DNA from: an uncultured Gemmatimonadaceae bacterium
GTDB lineage: Bacteria; Gemmatimonadota; Gemmatimonadetes; Gemmatimonadales; Gemmatimonadaceae
DNA length: 64,000 nucleotides
Direction of reading: 5' to 3'
Assembly: GCA_963761305.1 (NCBI GenBank)
Contig: CAVXGK010000002.1
Location: 320,001-384,000, forward strand
The notes beneath the pieces are model-generated. The model worked only from the letters and a program-made list of their open reading frames with translations. It was not told the origin of the DNA and searched no databases. A program made the position numbers and the translations under genes. This document shows positions 29,361 to 38,987 of the stretch, piece by piece (position 1 is the stretch's first letter; each line of letters begins with the position of its first letter).

Positions 29361-30725
29361 GTGAGGCCGCGAGCCGCACCGCGAGCCGCATCGCGAGGCG
29401 CCCGCTCGGCGCTCAGCACGTTCGCCCTCGTCTTCGTGCTGTTCTTCTGCACGTCCGGCGGTCCGTACACGACCGAGACGCTGATCCACGACGTGGGGCC
29501 CGGCCTCGGGCTCCTCATTCTGCTCGTCGTGCCGATCGTGTGGTCGATTCCCGAAGTGCTGATCGTCGGCGAGCTGGCGAGCATGCTGCCCGAGGAAGGC
29601 GGCTACTATCGGTGGGTCGACCGTGCGTTCGGGCGCTTCTGGGCGTTTCAGAACGGCTGGCTGACGTGGATGTACTCGCTCGTCGACATGGCGATCTATC
29701 CCGTGTTGTTCGCTACGTACCTCAAGTATTTCGTTCCGGGACTCGACGAGCGTTGGCAGTGGGCAGTGAAGCTCGTGGTGATCTGGGGCGCGACGGCGAT
29801 CAATCTTCGCGGCGCGTTTCGCGTGGGGCGCGCGTCGGTGGTCGCCGGCGCGTTCATCGTCGTGGTGTTCGTGGCGCTGTCGATCGCCGCGCTGCCGCAC
29901 GCGACGCACCTTCCGTGGCGGCCGTTCGCGGCGCCCGACGCTGGTGGTCTGAGCGGCTTGGCCGTCGGCGTGTCGATCGCGCTCTGGAACTACATCGGCT
30001 GGGACAACGCGTCGACGGTCGGGGGCGAGATGCGCGACGCGTCGCGCGGCTATCCGCGCGCGCTCGCGTTCGCCCTTCCGCTCGTCGTGTTCATCTACTT
30101 CGTGCCGCTCATGAGCACGTTGGCCTCCAGTGACTGGACGACGTGGCAGGATGGCGGGTGGCCGGCCATCGCCGCCGCCGCCGTGCACGGACGATCCGGC
30201 GTCTTCCTGGCGGCGCTGGTCGCCGTCGGCGGAATGGTGAGCGCGCTGGCGTTGTACAACGCGCTCCTCATGTCGTACTCGCGCATTCCGTTCGTGATGG
30301 CGCGTGACGAACTGCTCCCATCGGCGCTGGCGCGCGAAGACGCGCACGGCACGCCGCGCACCGCGGTGCTCGCGTCGGCCGCGCTCTACTCGGCGTTCGT
30401 GCTGATTCCGTTCAGCGAGCTGGTGATCGCCGACGTGCTGCTCTACTCGCTGGCGCTGTTCCTCGAGTTCGGTGCGCTCGTTCGCTTGCGTCGCACGGAG
30501 CCCGACCTGCGTGGAGTGTTTCGCATTCCGCTCGGGCGTGGCGGCGTGGCGGTGCTGGCGGCGATCCCGATGGCAGTGCTCGTCGGCGTGGTCGCGATCT
30601 CCTTTCGCGACGGCGAGTACGGAGTGAAGGCGGTGCTGGGAGCAGCCGTGGCGATCGCGCTCGGGCCGTCAGTGTACGCGTTGGCCTCACGAAGCAAGCG
30701 GGCGGGCGCTCAAGGCTTCTTGTAG
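29361..30725 (+). CDS. APC-family amino acid/polyamine permease
   Basis: SGGPY, ELASMLPEEGGYYRWV, WNYIGWD, multiple TM helices. Confidence 0.88.
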   Translation: MRPRAAPRAASRGARSALSTFALVFVLFFCTSGGPYTTETLIHDVGPGLGLLILLVVPIVWSIPEVLIVGELASMLPEEGGYYRWVDRAFGRFWAFQNGWLTWMYSLVDMAIYPVLFATYLKYFVPGLDERWQWAVKLVVIWGATAINLRGAFRVGRASVVAGAFIVVVFVALSIAALPHATHLPWRPFAAPDAGGLSGLAVGVSIALWNYIGWDNASTVGGEMRDASRGYPRALAFALPLVVFIYFVPLMSTLASSDWTTWQDGGWPAIAAAAVHGRSGVFLAALVAVGGMVSALALYNALLMSYSRIPFVMARDELLPSALAREDAHGTPRTAVLASAALYSAFVLIPFSELVIADVLLYSLALFLEFGALVRLRRTEPDLRGVFRIPLGRGGVAVLAAIPMAVLVGVVAISFRDGEYGVKAVLGAAVAIALGPSVYALASRSKRAGAQGFL

Positions 30726-31972
30726 ACCGTCCCTCCCTTCATCACGAAATCCACCGAGCTCAAAGCCATGATGTCTTTGGTGGGATCGCCCCTCACCGCC
30801 ACCAGATCGGCGAACAGGCCTTGCTTCACGGCGCCGATCCGATCGTCCCAGTGCAGCATCTTGGCGTCGTTCACTGTCGCCGCTCGCAGCGCCTGAAGCG
30901 GCGTCAGACCGTTGGTGACGAGTCCTTCGACTTCCTTCGCGTTGTCGCCGTGCGCGAGCGGGCCGGAGTCGGCGCCGTTGCAGATCGTCACGCCGGCGTC
31001 TAGCGCGTACTTCAACACGGTCGACTTGTTTCGGCCGCCCACGGACACGGTCGGCACGTAACACACGCCGTGTTCGGCCATGAGCTTGAACACTTCGGGT
31101 GTTCCACCGTCGCCATGTTCGACGGTCGCCACGCCGGCGAGAATCGCGCGGCGCATTCCCTCGGCCGTGGTCGCGTGCGCGGCGACTGAACGGCCGGAGC
31201 TCTTGGCGACGTTCACCGCCATGTTGAACTCTTCCTGCGTCGGACCTGGCATCGTTTCGCCGTTCGGTCCCCAGCGATAGTCCGCGTAGATCTTGATCCA
31301 GTCGGCGCCGTGCTTGATCTGGTCGCGCACGACGTGGGCGAATCCGTCGATGCCGTCCGCCTCCTGCGCGCCCTGCGGAATGTCGTCCATGTACTCGGAC
31401 GCGAAGTTCTTCGGAGCGTACTGACCCGTGACGACAATCGCACGCGTCACGACCTGCATCCGCGGACCCGGGATGATTCCTTGGTTGATTGCCTGCTTGA
31501 GCCCCACGTCCGCGTAGCCCGCGCCTTCGGTGCCGAGGTCGCGCACCGTAGTGAAACCCGCCATCAGCGTCGCCCGCGCGTGATTCACGGCGCGCGCCAC
31601 ACGCAGCGCTTCCGACTCGTGGAGGACTTGATCGTCCCACGGCGTCTCATTGTATGGATGGAGCAGCAGGTGCGAGTGCCCCTCGATCAGCCCGGGCAGG
31701 AGCGTGGTTCCCGGCAGCGCAATGGTGACGGCGTCGGCGGGTGCGGCGACCTGCGCGCGCGGCCCGACGGCGTCGATGCGATCGCCCCGGACGAGCACCA
31801 CCCATCCCTCGTGCGGCGCGTCGGCGATGCCATCCCACACACGGTCCGGCACGAGCAGCGTCGGGGGGCCGGCGGGCGGCGGCGGCGTGCCGCGCCCTCC
31901 ACCGCGTTGAGCGGAAACGAGCGCGGGAAACGCGATGACGGCGAGCGCGAGGACAGATGAGCGGCGCATCAT
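30710..31972 (-). CDS. Secreted metal-dependent amidohydrolase (Xaa-Pro dipeptidase-like)
   Basis: LPGLIEGHSH, GFTTVRDLG, IKIYAD, AAHA, EHG, ADLVAV; ATG 31972 coupled to the upstream stop. Confidence 0.87.
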   Translation of the reverse strand: MMRRSSVLALAVIAFPALVSAQRGGGRGTPPPPAGPPTLLVPDRVWDGIADAPHEGWVVLVRGDRIDAVGPRAQVAAPADAVTIALPGTTLLPGLIEGHSHLLLHPYNETPWDDQVLHESEALRVARAVNHARATLMAGFTTVRDLGTEGAGYADVGLKQAINQGIIPGPRMQVVTRAIVVTGQYAPKNFASEYMDDIPQGAQEADGIDGFAHVVRDQIKHGADWIKIYADYRWGPNGETMPGPTQEEFNMAVNVAKSSGRSVAAHATTAEGMRRAILAGVATVEHGDGGTPEVFKLMAEHGVCYVPTVSVGGRNKSTVLKYALDAGVTICNGADSGPLAHGDNAKEVEGLVTNGLTPLQALRAATVNDAKMLHWDDRIGAVKQGLFADLVAVRGDPTKDIMALSSVDFVMKGGTVYKKP

Positions 31973-33390
31973 GAGTCGTGGTTGTTCGAAGTGGAAACGG
32001 GAAGGTCGGCGGCTTCCCACGCGTCCATCCCGCCGTGGAGCGTGGCGACGTTCGTGAAACCCTTCGCCTGAAGCATGCTGGCCGCAATCGACGCCCGCGT
32101 GCCGCCCTGACAGTGCAGCACGATGGGCAGATCGCGCGGCAGCTCGTCGCTCGACCTGGGAAGGTCGCCGAGAAAGTGGTGGCGCGCGTCCGGGATGTGG
32201 CCGGCGTCCCACTCGGCGGCGCCCCGCACGTCGATCACGGTTCTGTGATTCTCGTTCGCCACGTCCGCCACCTCGAGCTGCGTCACGCGTCCCAGCTCGC
32301 CGGCGGCCGCCCACTCGTCGCGCGCCGTCTGCCCGGCCCATCCCGTCACGCGGTCGAAGCCGACGAGCGCCAACATGCGCCGGGCACTTGCGACGCGCGT
32401 CGCGTCGTCGGCCAGAAGAACGACGTCGCGCTCAGGGTCGAGCAGCGAGCCGGCCCACGTCGCGAACGAGTCGCCGAACGGAATGGACATCGATCCGGGA
32501 ATGTGCGCCCGCGCGAACTGCGCGCTCGGCCGCGCGTCGATCGCGATCGACGTTTGCAGCGCGCGCCGAAGGTCGGCGGCATGCAGCTCGGGAAGCGCGT
32601 CATCTCGCGGCATGGGTGGCGGACCCTCGCGGTTCAGCGACTTCATTCGCGCGAAGTACTTCGGCGGTTCCGGCTGGCCGGACAGTACGGCGCGGACGAA
32701 CGCGTCTTCGCTCTCCGCTTGGAACGCCCAGTTCACAAGACGCTCATAGCCGAGCGTCGTCGACGGCATCGCGCCGAGGGCTTTGCCGCAGGCCGACCCG
32801 GGCCCGTGTCCGGGCCACACCTGAAGGTGCGCGGGAAGAGAATCCGTGGTGCGCAGCGACCGGTAGAGGCGCCGAGCCATGGGCTCCATCGTCCCGCCGA
32901 CGTTTGCCGCGCGTTCCAACAGGTCGGGGCGTCCGACGTCGCCGGCGAATAGAAAATCGCCGGAGAACATGCCCACCGGGACGTCGCCAAGCGTCGTGTC
33001 GGTGACGACGAAACTCACGTGCTCCGGTGTGTGCCCCGGTGTGTGCCGCACGTCGACTTGCAGCGTGCCCACGTCGAATCGGTCGCCATCGCGCAGGAGC
33101 CGCGCGCCACCGTCCGCCGCGAACGCATACTGCCAACCGCGACCGCCTTCGCCAGACAACAACAGCTGCGCGCCGGTGCGCCGGGCCAGCTCGCGCGCAC
33201 CCGAGAGGAAATCGGCGTGGATGTGCGTTTCCGTCACGGCCTCGATTTTCACGTGCGCGCGCGCCGCGGCTTCGATGTACCGCTCGACGTCGCGATTCGG
33301 GTCGACGATCATCGCCAGCGACGTCTGGTCGCAGGCAACGAGGTATGCGGCTTGCGCAAGTCCGTCCTCGTAAATCCGCTTGAGAAGCAT
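31969..33390 (-). CDS. MBL-fold persulfide dioxygenase-rhodanese fusion (CstB/Blh-like)
   Basis: ETHIHADFLSG, HTPGHTPEH, GDVGRPDL, PGHGPGSACGK, two rhodanese domains, C-terminal HCQGGTRA. Confidence 0.87.
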   Translation of the reverse strand: MLLKRIYEDGLAQAAYLVACDQTSLAMIVDPNRDVERYIEAAARAHVKIEAVTETHIHADFLSGARELARRTGAQLLLSGEGGRGWQYAFAADGGARLLRDGDRFDVGTLQVDVRHTPGHTPEHVSFVVTDTTLGDVPVGMFSGDFLFAGDVGRPDLLERAANVGGTMEPMARRLYRSLRTTDSLPAHLQVWPGHGPGSACGKALGAMPSTTLGYERLVNWAFQAESEDAFVRAVLSGQPEPPKYFARMKSLNREGPPPMPRDDALPELHAADLRRALQTSIAIDARPSAQFARAHIPGSMSIPFGDSFATWAGSLLDPERDVVLLADDATRVASARRMLALVGFDRVTGWAGQTARDEWAAAGELGRVTQLEVADVANENHRTVIDVRGAAEWDAGHIPDARHHFLGDLPRSSDELPRDLPIVLHCQGGTRASIAASMLQAKGFTNVATLHGGMDAWEAADLPVSTSNNHDS

Positions 33391-33438
33391 GCAGGAGAAT
33401 GCCTTGCCCTGCGCTGGTGCGCAACGCAGGATTCAGCG

Positions 33439-34779
33439 ATGCGCGCCGCGCTCGTCTTGTCTTTCGCGCTCGTCGGTGCTTCCGCCGTGCGTGCGCAAAC
33501 GATTGAGACCCCCGTGCCGTTCGACAGCGCGCACCGGGTGGTCGTCGTCACGCCACCGTTGGCCGAGCGGCTGCACCTCTCTGAGCCGGCGTGGCCGGTG
33601 CGCGGCGAGTATCGCGACGTTCGACTCTACGCATTGTCGCGGGGTGGCTTCGTGCTCGTCGCGCTGTTGCCCAACGGCGCGCTGCAACGCTACGAGCTGA
33701 CCGACACGCAGCGATCCACGCTCGGCGCCGCGATCGACGTCGCTCTGTTGGCATCGGGTCGCCCGAGCGGGCAAGTCGGCGCCGAACCGTCGGAGCCTGC
33801 CGGAAACGGCTACGCGCGGCACATCACGGTCCTCGGCGCTCTGATGTACGCCCCGCTGGCGGCCTCGCTGTTCGACGATGGCGCCGCCGCCGGCGCCGCG
33901 TACGTGCTGACAGCCGGCGGTACTTTTTTCATCTCGTATGGCGCGGCGCAGAGCGGGCAAATCACCCGTGCGCAAGCTGATCTGTCAGCCAACCTCGGGG
34001 TCGCGTCGGGGCTCGCGGCGCTCGGCGTCGGCTATGCGGCAACAGGCAACGCCGACAAGGGCGTGCGAGGCGCGACGCTCGCCGCGGCGACCATCGGGAC
34101 GATCGCCGGCGTGGGTCTCGGCCATCACCTCACCGACGCTGAGGCGCATGGGGTGACCGTCGGTATCGAGGGCGCGGGCGCCGCGGTGTGGGCGGTGGCC
34201 GCCGGCGCGGGCGCAACGGGACGCGGCATGGCGGCGGCCGTGGTCGCGAGCGAGCCGATCGGGTACTTGCTCGGTGTGAACTACCCGCGGGTCGCGTCGT
34301 ACACCGTGACGGCCGGCGATCTCAACGCGATGCAAACGGCGGGTCTCGTCGGAGGCTTGGTGGGAGGCGCGGTGATCAGCGGCGGCAAACCGAGTCCGCG
34401 CCAGACCGCGATCGGCGTGGGCGCCTCGTACGTCGCCGGACTGCTCATCGGGGACCTCGCGATCGCGCGCCCGTTCGACCTGACGACCTCCGAGGCGAAT
34501 GTCGTGACGATCGGCGCCTGGGCCGGCGGCATCATGGGGCTCGCCGTTCCTCTGATCGTGAGCTCGAGCAACACCCCGCTCATCTACGGGTCTGCCGCGG
34601 GTGGCGCGGCGATCGGTATGTCGGCCATGTTCAGTGCGACGAACGCCCGGCGCGCCGGTGCGCCGGAGCCGGCCAGCGGCCGCGACGCCTCGCATCTCGA
34701 CATCGGACCGGGATTGGGTGCGCTCGGCCTTCTGACGAAGACACCCGGCCGCTATCCGCTGGTTCGGTTCTCGTTCTGA
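33439..34779 (+). CDS. Hypothetical exported/membrane protein with Gly/Ala-rich hydrophobic helices
   Basis: Signal peptide MRAALVLSFALVGASAVRAQ; many GxxxG-type segments. Confidence 0.7.
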   Translation: MRAALVLSFALVGASAVRAQTIETPVPFDSAHRVVVVTPPLAERLHLSEPAWPVRGEYRDVRLYALSRGGFVLVALLPNGALQRYELTDTQRSTLGAAIDVALLASGRPSGQVGAEPSEPAGNGYARHITVLGALMYAPLAASLFDDGAAAGAAYVLTAGGTFFISYGAAQSGQITRAQADLSANLGVASGLAALGVGYAATGNADKGVRGATLAAATIGTIAGVGLGHHLTDAEAHGVTVGIEGAGAAVWAVAAGAGATGRGMAAAVVASEPIGYLLGVNYPRVASYTVTAGDLNAMQTAGLVGGLVGGAVISGGKPSPRQTAIGVGASYVAGLLIGDLAIARPFDLTTSEANVVTIGAWAGGIMGLAVPLIVSSSNTPLIYGSAAGGAAIGMSAMFSATNARRAGAPEPASGRDASHLDIGPGLGALGLLTKTPGRYPLVRFSF

Positions 34780-34853
34780 CGCTCATGACCAACGCGCCGC
34801 GGGCGCGTGTCGTAGACTTACAGCGAACGACTACCCCTCATCCCGACGTCGCC

Positions 34854-37800
34854 ATGAAACGCGCCCGACTCGCCGCACTCCTCACCGCCGCGCTCGCTGT
34901 CGTTTCCGCCGCGCAGGCACCCAAGAAGGTCCTCACCCAGGCCGACTGGGACAAATGGAAGTCGATCAACGCGCCCGCACTCTCCAACGATGGAAAGTGG
35001 GCCGTGTACACTCTCATTCCACAGGTCGGCGACGGCGAGTTGGTGATCCGTTCGACGAGCGGTACGACCGAGTTCCGCGTACCGCGCGGCTTCCTCGGAC
35101 GGCCGAACAACACGCCGGGTGGTTTGCGCGGACCGGCGGGCGGCACCGGCGAGGAGGATCCGACGGGTCCCGCGGCGGCGCCGGCACAGATCACGGCCGA
35201 CAGCCGATTCGTGCTCGTGAGCACACAAGCGTCGCAAGCCGAGGTGGAGAAAGCTGGGCGAGCGCGCAACGCGTCGTTGAATCGCCAGTCGCTGGCGATC
35301 GTGAGCTTGCCCGACGGCAAGGTCACGACGCTGGCGGGCGTCAGATCATTCCGCTTGGCGCGCGACAACGGGACGTGGGTCGCATACGTGCCGGAGCCCG
35401 ACAGCGGATCGGCTGATTCGACGAATCGCGGCGGTGGTGCTGCTGCAGCGGGTGGTGGACGCGGAGGTCGCGGCGGGCGCGGCGGCGGAGGTGGCGGCGC
35501 GCCGAGCAACCGACGACAGTTTGGATCGCCGCTCGTGCTGCGGAATCTTGCCACCGGCGCCGAAGAGCGGTTGACCGATGTGCTTGCGTTCGCGTTCGAC
35601 GACAGCGCCAAGGTGCTCGCGTACACGGTGGTCTCGCGTGACTCGACGAAGGACGGCGCGTTCCTCCGCACGATCGCCGGCGGCGCGACGACGACGCTGG
35701 CCTCGGGGCGCGGCGACTACAAGGGAATCGCGTTCGACCGCACCGGCACGCAGCTCGCTTTCCTTTCCGATCACGACGAATTCGGCGTCGGCGCCGGCGC
35801 TCGGCCGCGCTACACGCTGTATCTCGCGTCCGCCAAGGGCGGCGCCGCGCAGCCGATCGTGAATCCGTCGCAGGTGACGCCGGGGATGCACATCGCCGAC
35901 AACGCGGCGCCCGCGTTCACGCGCAGCGGCACGGCGATCACGTTCAGCGTCGCGCCGCCGCCGATCGATTCGGTGCCGTCGGACTCGCTCGTCGGCAAGG
36001 CGGTGTTCGATCTGTGGCACTATAAGGACCCCGTGCTTCAGCCGACGCAGCGTCTCAACGCGGCGCGCGATCGCAACAAGTCCTACCAGGCGATCTACTT
36101 CGCGTCGACGAAGAAGGTCGTGCAGCTCGCCGACGACTCGATTCCGAACGTGGCGCTGTCGGAAGACGGCAAGCTCGGTGTCGCGAACGCGGGCGAGCGC
36201 TATCAGATCGAACAGATGTGGGGCGAGGGCGGCCGCGACGTCTACGTCATCGACGCGACGACGAACGCGCGCAGGCTGATTCGCGAGAAGATCAACGGCA
36301 ACGCGCAGCTTTCGCCCGACGCCAAGTTCGTCGTCTTCTACGACCACACGCACTGGTACACGTACAACACGGCGACGGCGAAGCTCACCGATCTCACCGG
36401 CGCGCTGAAGGGCGTGCGATTCGACAACGAGACCGACGATCATCCCGATGAGACGCCGGCGTGGGGTCTCGCCGCGTGGACCAAAGGCGACAAGTCGGTC
36501 TTGCTGTACGACCGCTACGACGTCTGGGAATTCGATCCGACGGGCGCCAAGCCGCCCGTGAACGTCACCGACTCGGCCGGCCGCAAGAGCTCGATTCAGT
36601 TCCGGATCGAGATCGCCGGCGGCGGTCGCGGAGGGCGCGGCGGCGGTGGAGGTCGTGGCGGTTTCGGCGGCCCGGGCGGCGAAGATCGCGGCGTGATCGA
36701 TCCCGCCGAGCCGCTCATGCTGCACGCGGTGAACCAGGAGACGATGGCCAGCGGGTTCTATCGCACGCAGCTCGGCTCGCACAAGGAACCCGAGAAGATC
36801 GTGATGTCCGATCTCGCCTACGGCACGCCGGTCAAGGCGGGCAAGGCGGACGAGTGGATGATCACGAAGAGCACGTTCACGGACTTCCCGAACCTGTGGG
36901 TCGGTCCGTCGCTCACGAATCTCTCGCAGATCACCGACGCGAATCCGCAGCAGAAGGACTACAACTGGGGCACGGCGGAACTGGTGCGGTGGCGGAGCGC
37001 CGACGGCGTCGAGCTCAAAGGCATCCTCTACAAGCCGCAGAACTTCGATCCGAATAAGAAGTACCCGCTCATCGCGTACTTCTACGAGATCCTGTCCAAC
37101 AACCTCTATAGTTACGTGCCGCCGACCGGCCGCAACGTGATCAACCCGACGCATTACGTGTCGAACGGGTATCTCGTGTTCGAGCCGGACATCGTCTACG
37201 AGAACGGGTATCCGGGGCAGAGCGCGGTGCGGTCGATCGTCTCCGGCGTCGAAGCGCTGGAGCGGCGCGGCTTCGTCGACGAGAAACACCTCGGCATCCA
37301 GGGCCAGTCGTGGGGCGGATATCAGACCGCGTACACGATCACGCAGACGCACATGTTCGCCGCCGCGATGGCCGGTGCGCCGGTGGTCAACATGACCAGC
37401 GCGTACGGCGGCATCCGGTGGGGGACGGGCATCTCGCGCGAAGGCCAATACGAGCACGGCCAGAGCCGCATCGGCAAGTCGCTCGTCGAGGCGCCGCAGC
37501 TGTACATGCAGAACTCGCCGCTCTTCTACCTCGATCGGGTCACGACGCCGCTGTTCATCATGAACAACGACGCCGACGACGCCGTCCCGTGGTACCAGGG
37601 CATCGAGTTCTTCGTCAACATGCGCCGGCTTGGCAAGGAAGTCTACTTCATAGACTACAACAACGACGTGCACAACCCGGCGAGCCGCGCGAACCAGAAG
37701 GACATCGCCATGCGCATGCAGCAGTTCTTCGACAACAAGCTCAAAGGCGCGCCGGCGCCGGACTGGATGGTGCACGGCATCCCGTACGTCGCCAAGGGCA

Positions 37801-37862
37801 AGGACCAGCTCGGCCCGGCGCCGGTGCAAGCCGGCGGCATCACGCCCGAGAAAAAGCAGTAG
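34854..37862 (+). CDS. Secreted S9 (prolyl oligopeptidase family) serine peptidase
   Basis: Signal peptide, propeller-like repeats, GQSWGG nucleophile, DDAVPW, HNP. Confidence 0.9.
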   Translation: MKRARLAALLTAALAVVSAAQAPKKVLTQADWDKWKSINAPALSNDGKWAVYTLIPQVGDGELVIRSTSGTTEFRVPRGFLGRPNNTPGGLRGPAGGTGEEDPTGPAAAPAQITADSRFVLVSTQASQAEVEKAGRARNASLNRQSLAIVSLPDGKVTTLAGVRSFRLARDNGTWVAYVPEPDSGSADSTNRGGGAAAAGGGRGGRGGRGGGGGGAPSNRRQFGSPLVLRNLATGAEERLTDVLAFAFDDSAKVLAYTVVSRDSTKDGAFLRTIAGGATTTLASGRGDYKGIAFDRTGTQLAFLSDHDEFGVGAGARPRYTLYLASAKGGAAQPIVNPSQVTPGMHIADNAAPAFTRSGTAITFSVAPPPIDSVPSDSLVGKAVFDLWHYKDPVLQPTQRLNAARDRNKSYQAIYFASTKKVVQLADDSIPNVALSEDGKLGVANAGERYQIEQMWGEGGRDVYVIDATTNARRLIREKINGNAQLSPDAKFVVFYDHTHWYTYNTATAKLTDLTGALKGVRFDNETDDHPDETPAWGLAAWTKGDKSVLLYDRYDVWEFDPTGAKPPVNVTDSAGRKSSIQFRIEIAGGGRGGRGGGGGRGGFGGPGGEDRGVIDPAEPLMLHAVNQETMASGFYRTQLGSHKEPEKIVMSDLAYGTPVKAGKADEWMITKSTFTDFPNLWVGPSLTNLSQITDANPQQKDYNWGTAELVRWRSADGVELKGILYKPQNFDPNKKYPLIAYFYEILSNNLYSYVPPTGRNVINPTHYVSNGYLVFEPDIVYENGYPGQSAVRSIVSGVEALERRGFVDEKHLGIQGQSWGGYQTAYTITQTHMFAAAMAGAPVVNMTSAYGGIRWGTGISREGQYEHGQSRIGKSLVEAPQLYMQNSPLFYLDRVTTPLFIMNNDADDAVPWYQGIEFFVNMRRLGKEVYFIDYNNDVHNPASRANQKDIAMRMQQFFDNKLKGAPAPDWMVHGIPYVAKGKDQLGPAPVQAGGITPEKKQ

Positions 37863-37946
37863 CCGAGGCACGCAGACTCGGAAAAGACTTCCTGAGTTCC
37901 GCTGGCGAGGCGGGCTGTCCAACGTAGATTTCCGCGACCGGTCCGA

Positions 37947-38987
37947 ATGCCAGCCATCGAGACTCGCGCTCTGCGCAAAGTGTACCCCGCGCCGCCGCCG
38001 CCGAAACGGCGCGGCGCGGGACCGATGGGGCCGGGTGGCCCGCCCGGCGCCAGCCCGATGGCGACTCCCGCCGCGAGCGCGGCGTGGCCGCGCGGCGAGA
38101 TCGTCGCCCTCAAAGGACTCGATCTCTCGATCGACGAGGGTGAGTTCTTCGGACTGCTCGGCCCGAACGGCGCCGGCAAGACGACGACGATCGGCATTCT
38201 CACCACGCGCGTCCGGCCGACGTCGGGCACCGCGGTGGTCGGCGGCGCCGACGTGCGCACCGACGCGGTTCGCGTACGGCAGCGCATCGGCGTCGTTCCA
38301 CAGCGGCCGAATCCCGACCGCAGCCTGAACGTCATCGAGAATCTGCAGTTTCACGCGGCGTACTTCGGCATCAACGCGGCGCACTCGGTTCCGCGCGCCA
38401 TGCAGCTGCTCGAGCAGCTCGGCATCGCCGACAAGGCGAACGCCAAGGTCGACGAGATGTCCGGCGGCCAGCAGCAGCGCCTCATGATCGCCCGCGCGCT
38501 GATCCACGAGCCGCACGTCATCTTCCTGGACGAACCGACGGTGGGTCTCGATCCGCAGACCCGCCTCGCGCTCTGGGACATTCTGCGCGCCCTGCACGCC
38601 GAGGGCCGCACGATCGTCATGACGACCCATTACATGGAAGAGGCCGACAAGCTCTGCGACCGCGTCGCGATCGTCGATCGCGGCGAGCTGCTCGAGCTCG
38701 ACACGCCCGCCGCGCTCAAACAACGCGCGCCGGGCGGAACGCTGATCGAGGTTTCGCTGTCCGGCGACGCGTCGGTCGTCGTGGACGCGGTGCGCGCCGT
38801 CGAAGGCGTGCTGCGTGCCGAGCCGCAGGGACGGTTGTTGCGTGTCTTCAGCGACCGCGGTGGGCGCGTGATCTCGCCGGTGATTCAGGCGGCCGAGGAG
38901 CGCGGTACGTCCGTCGCCAACATCACGCTCACCGAGCCAAGCCTCGAGACGCTGTTCGTGTCCCGCACCGGGAGGAAACTCGATTGA
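37947..38987 (+). CDS. ABC exporter ATP-binding subunit (DrrA-like)
   Basis: GPNGAGKTT, MSGGQ, IFLDEPTVGLD, TTHYMEEA. Confidence 0.92.
   Translation: MPAIETRALRKVYPAPPPPKRRGAGPMGPGGPPGASPMATPAASAAWPRGEIVALKGLDLSIDEGEFFGLLGPNGAGKTTTIGILTTRVRPTSGTAVVGGADVRTDAVRVRQRIGVVPQRPNPDRSLNVIENLQFHAAYFGINAAHSVPRAMQLLEQLGIADKANAKVDEMSGGQQQRLMIARALIHEPHVIFLDEPTVGLDPQTRLALWDILRALHAEGRTIVMTTHYMEEADKLCDRVAIVDRGELLELDTPAALKQRAPGGTLIEVSLSGDASVVVDAVRAVEGVLRAEPQGRLLRVFSDRGGRVISPVIQAAEERGTSVANITLTEPSLETLFVSRTGRKLD

Noticed and set aside
35346..38723. Very long antisense ORFs (1125 aa here; also 4030-5922, 6258-8396, 39685-41742, 59920-62283)
   Set aside because: Shadow frames of real high-GC genes: Arg/His/Gly-rich, no motifs, entirely overlapping well-supported CDSs
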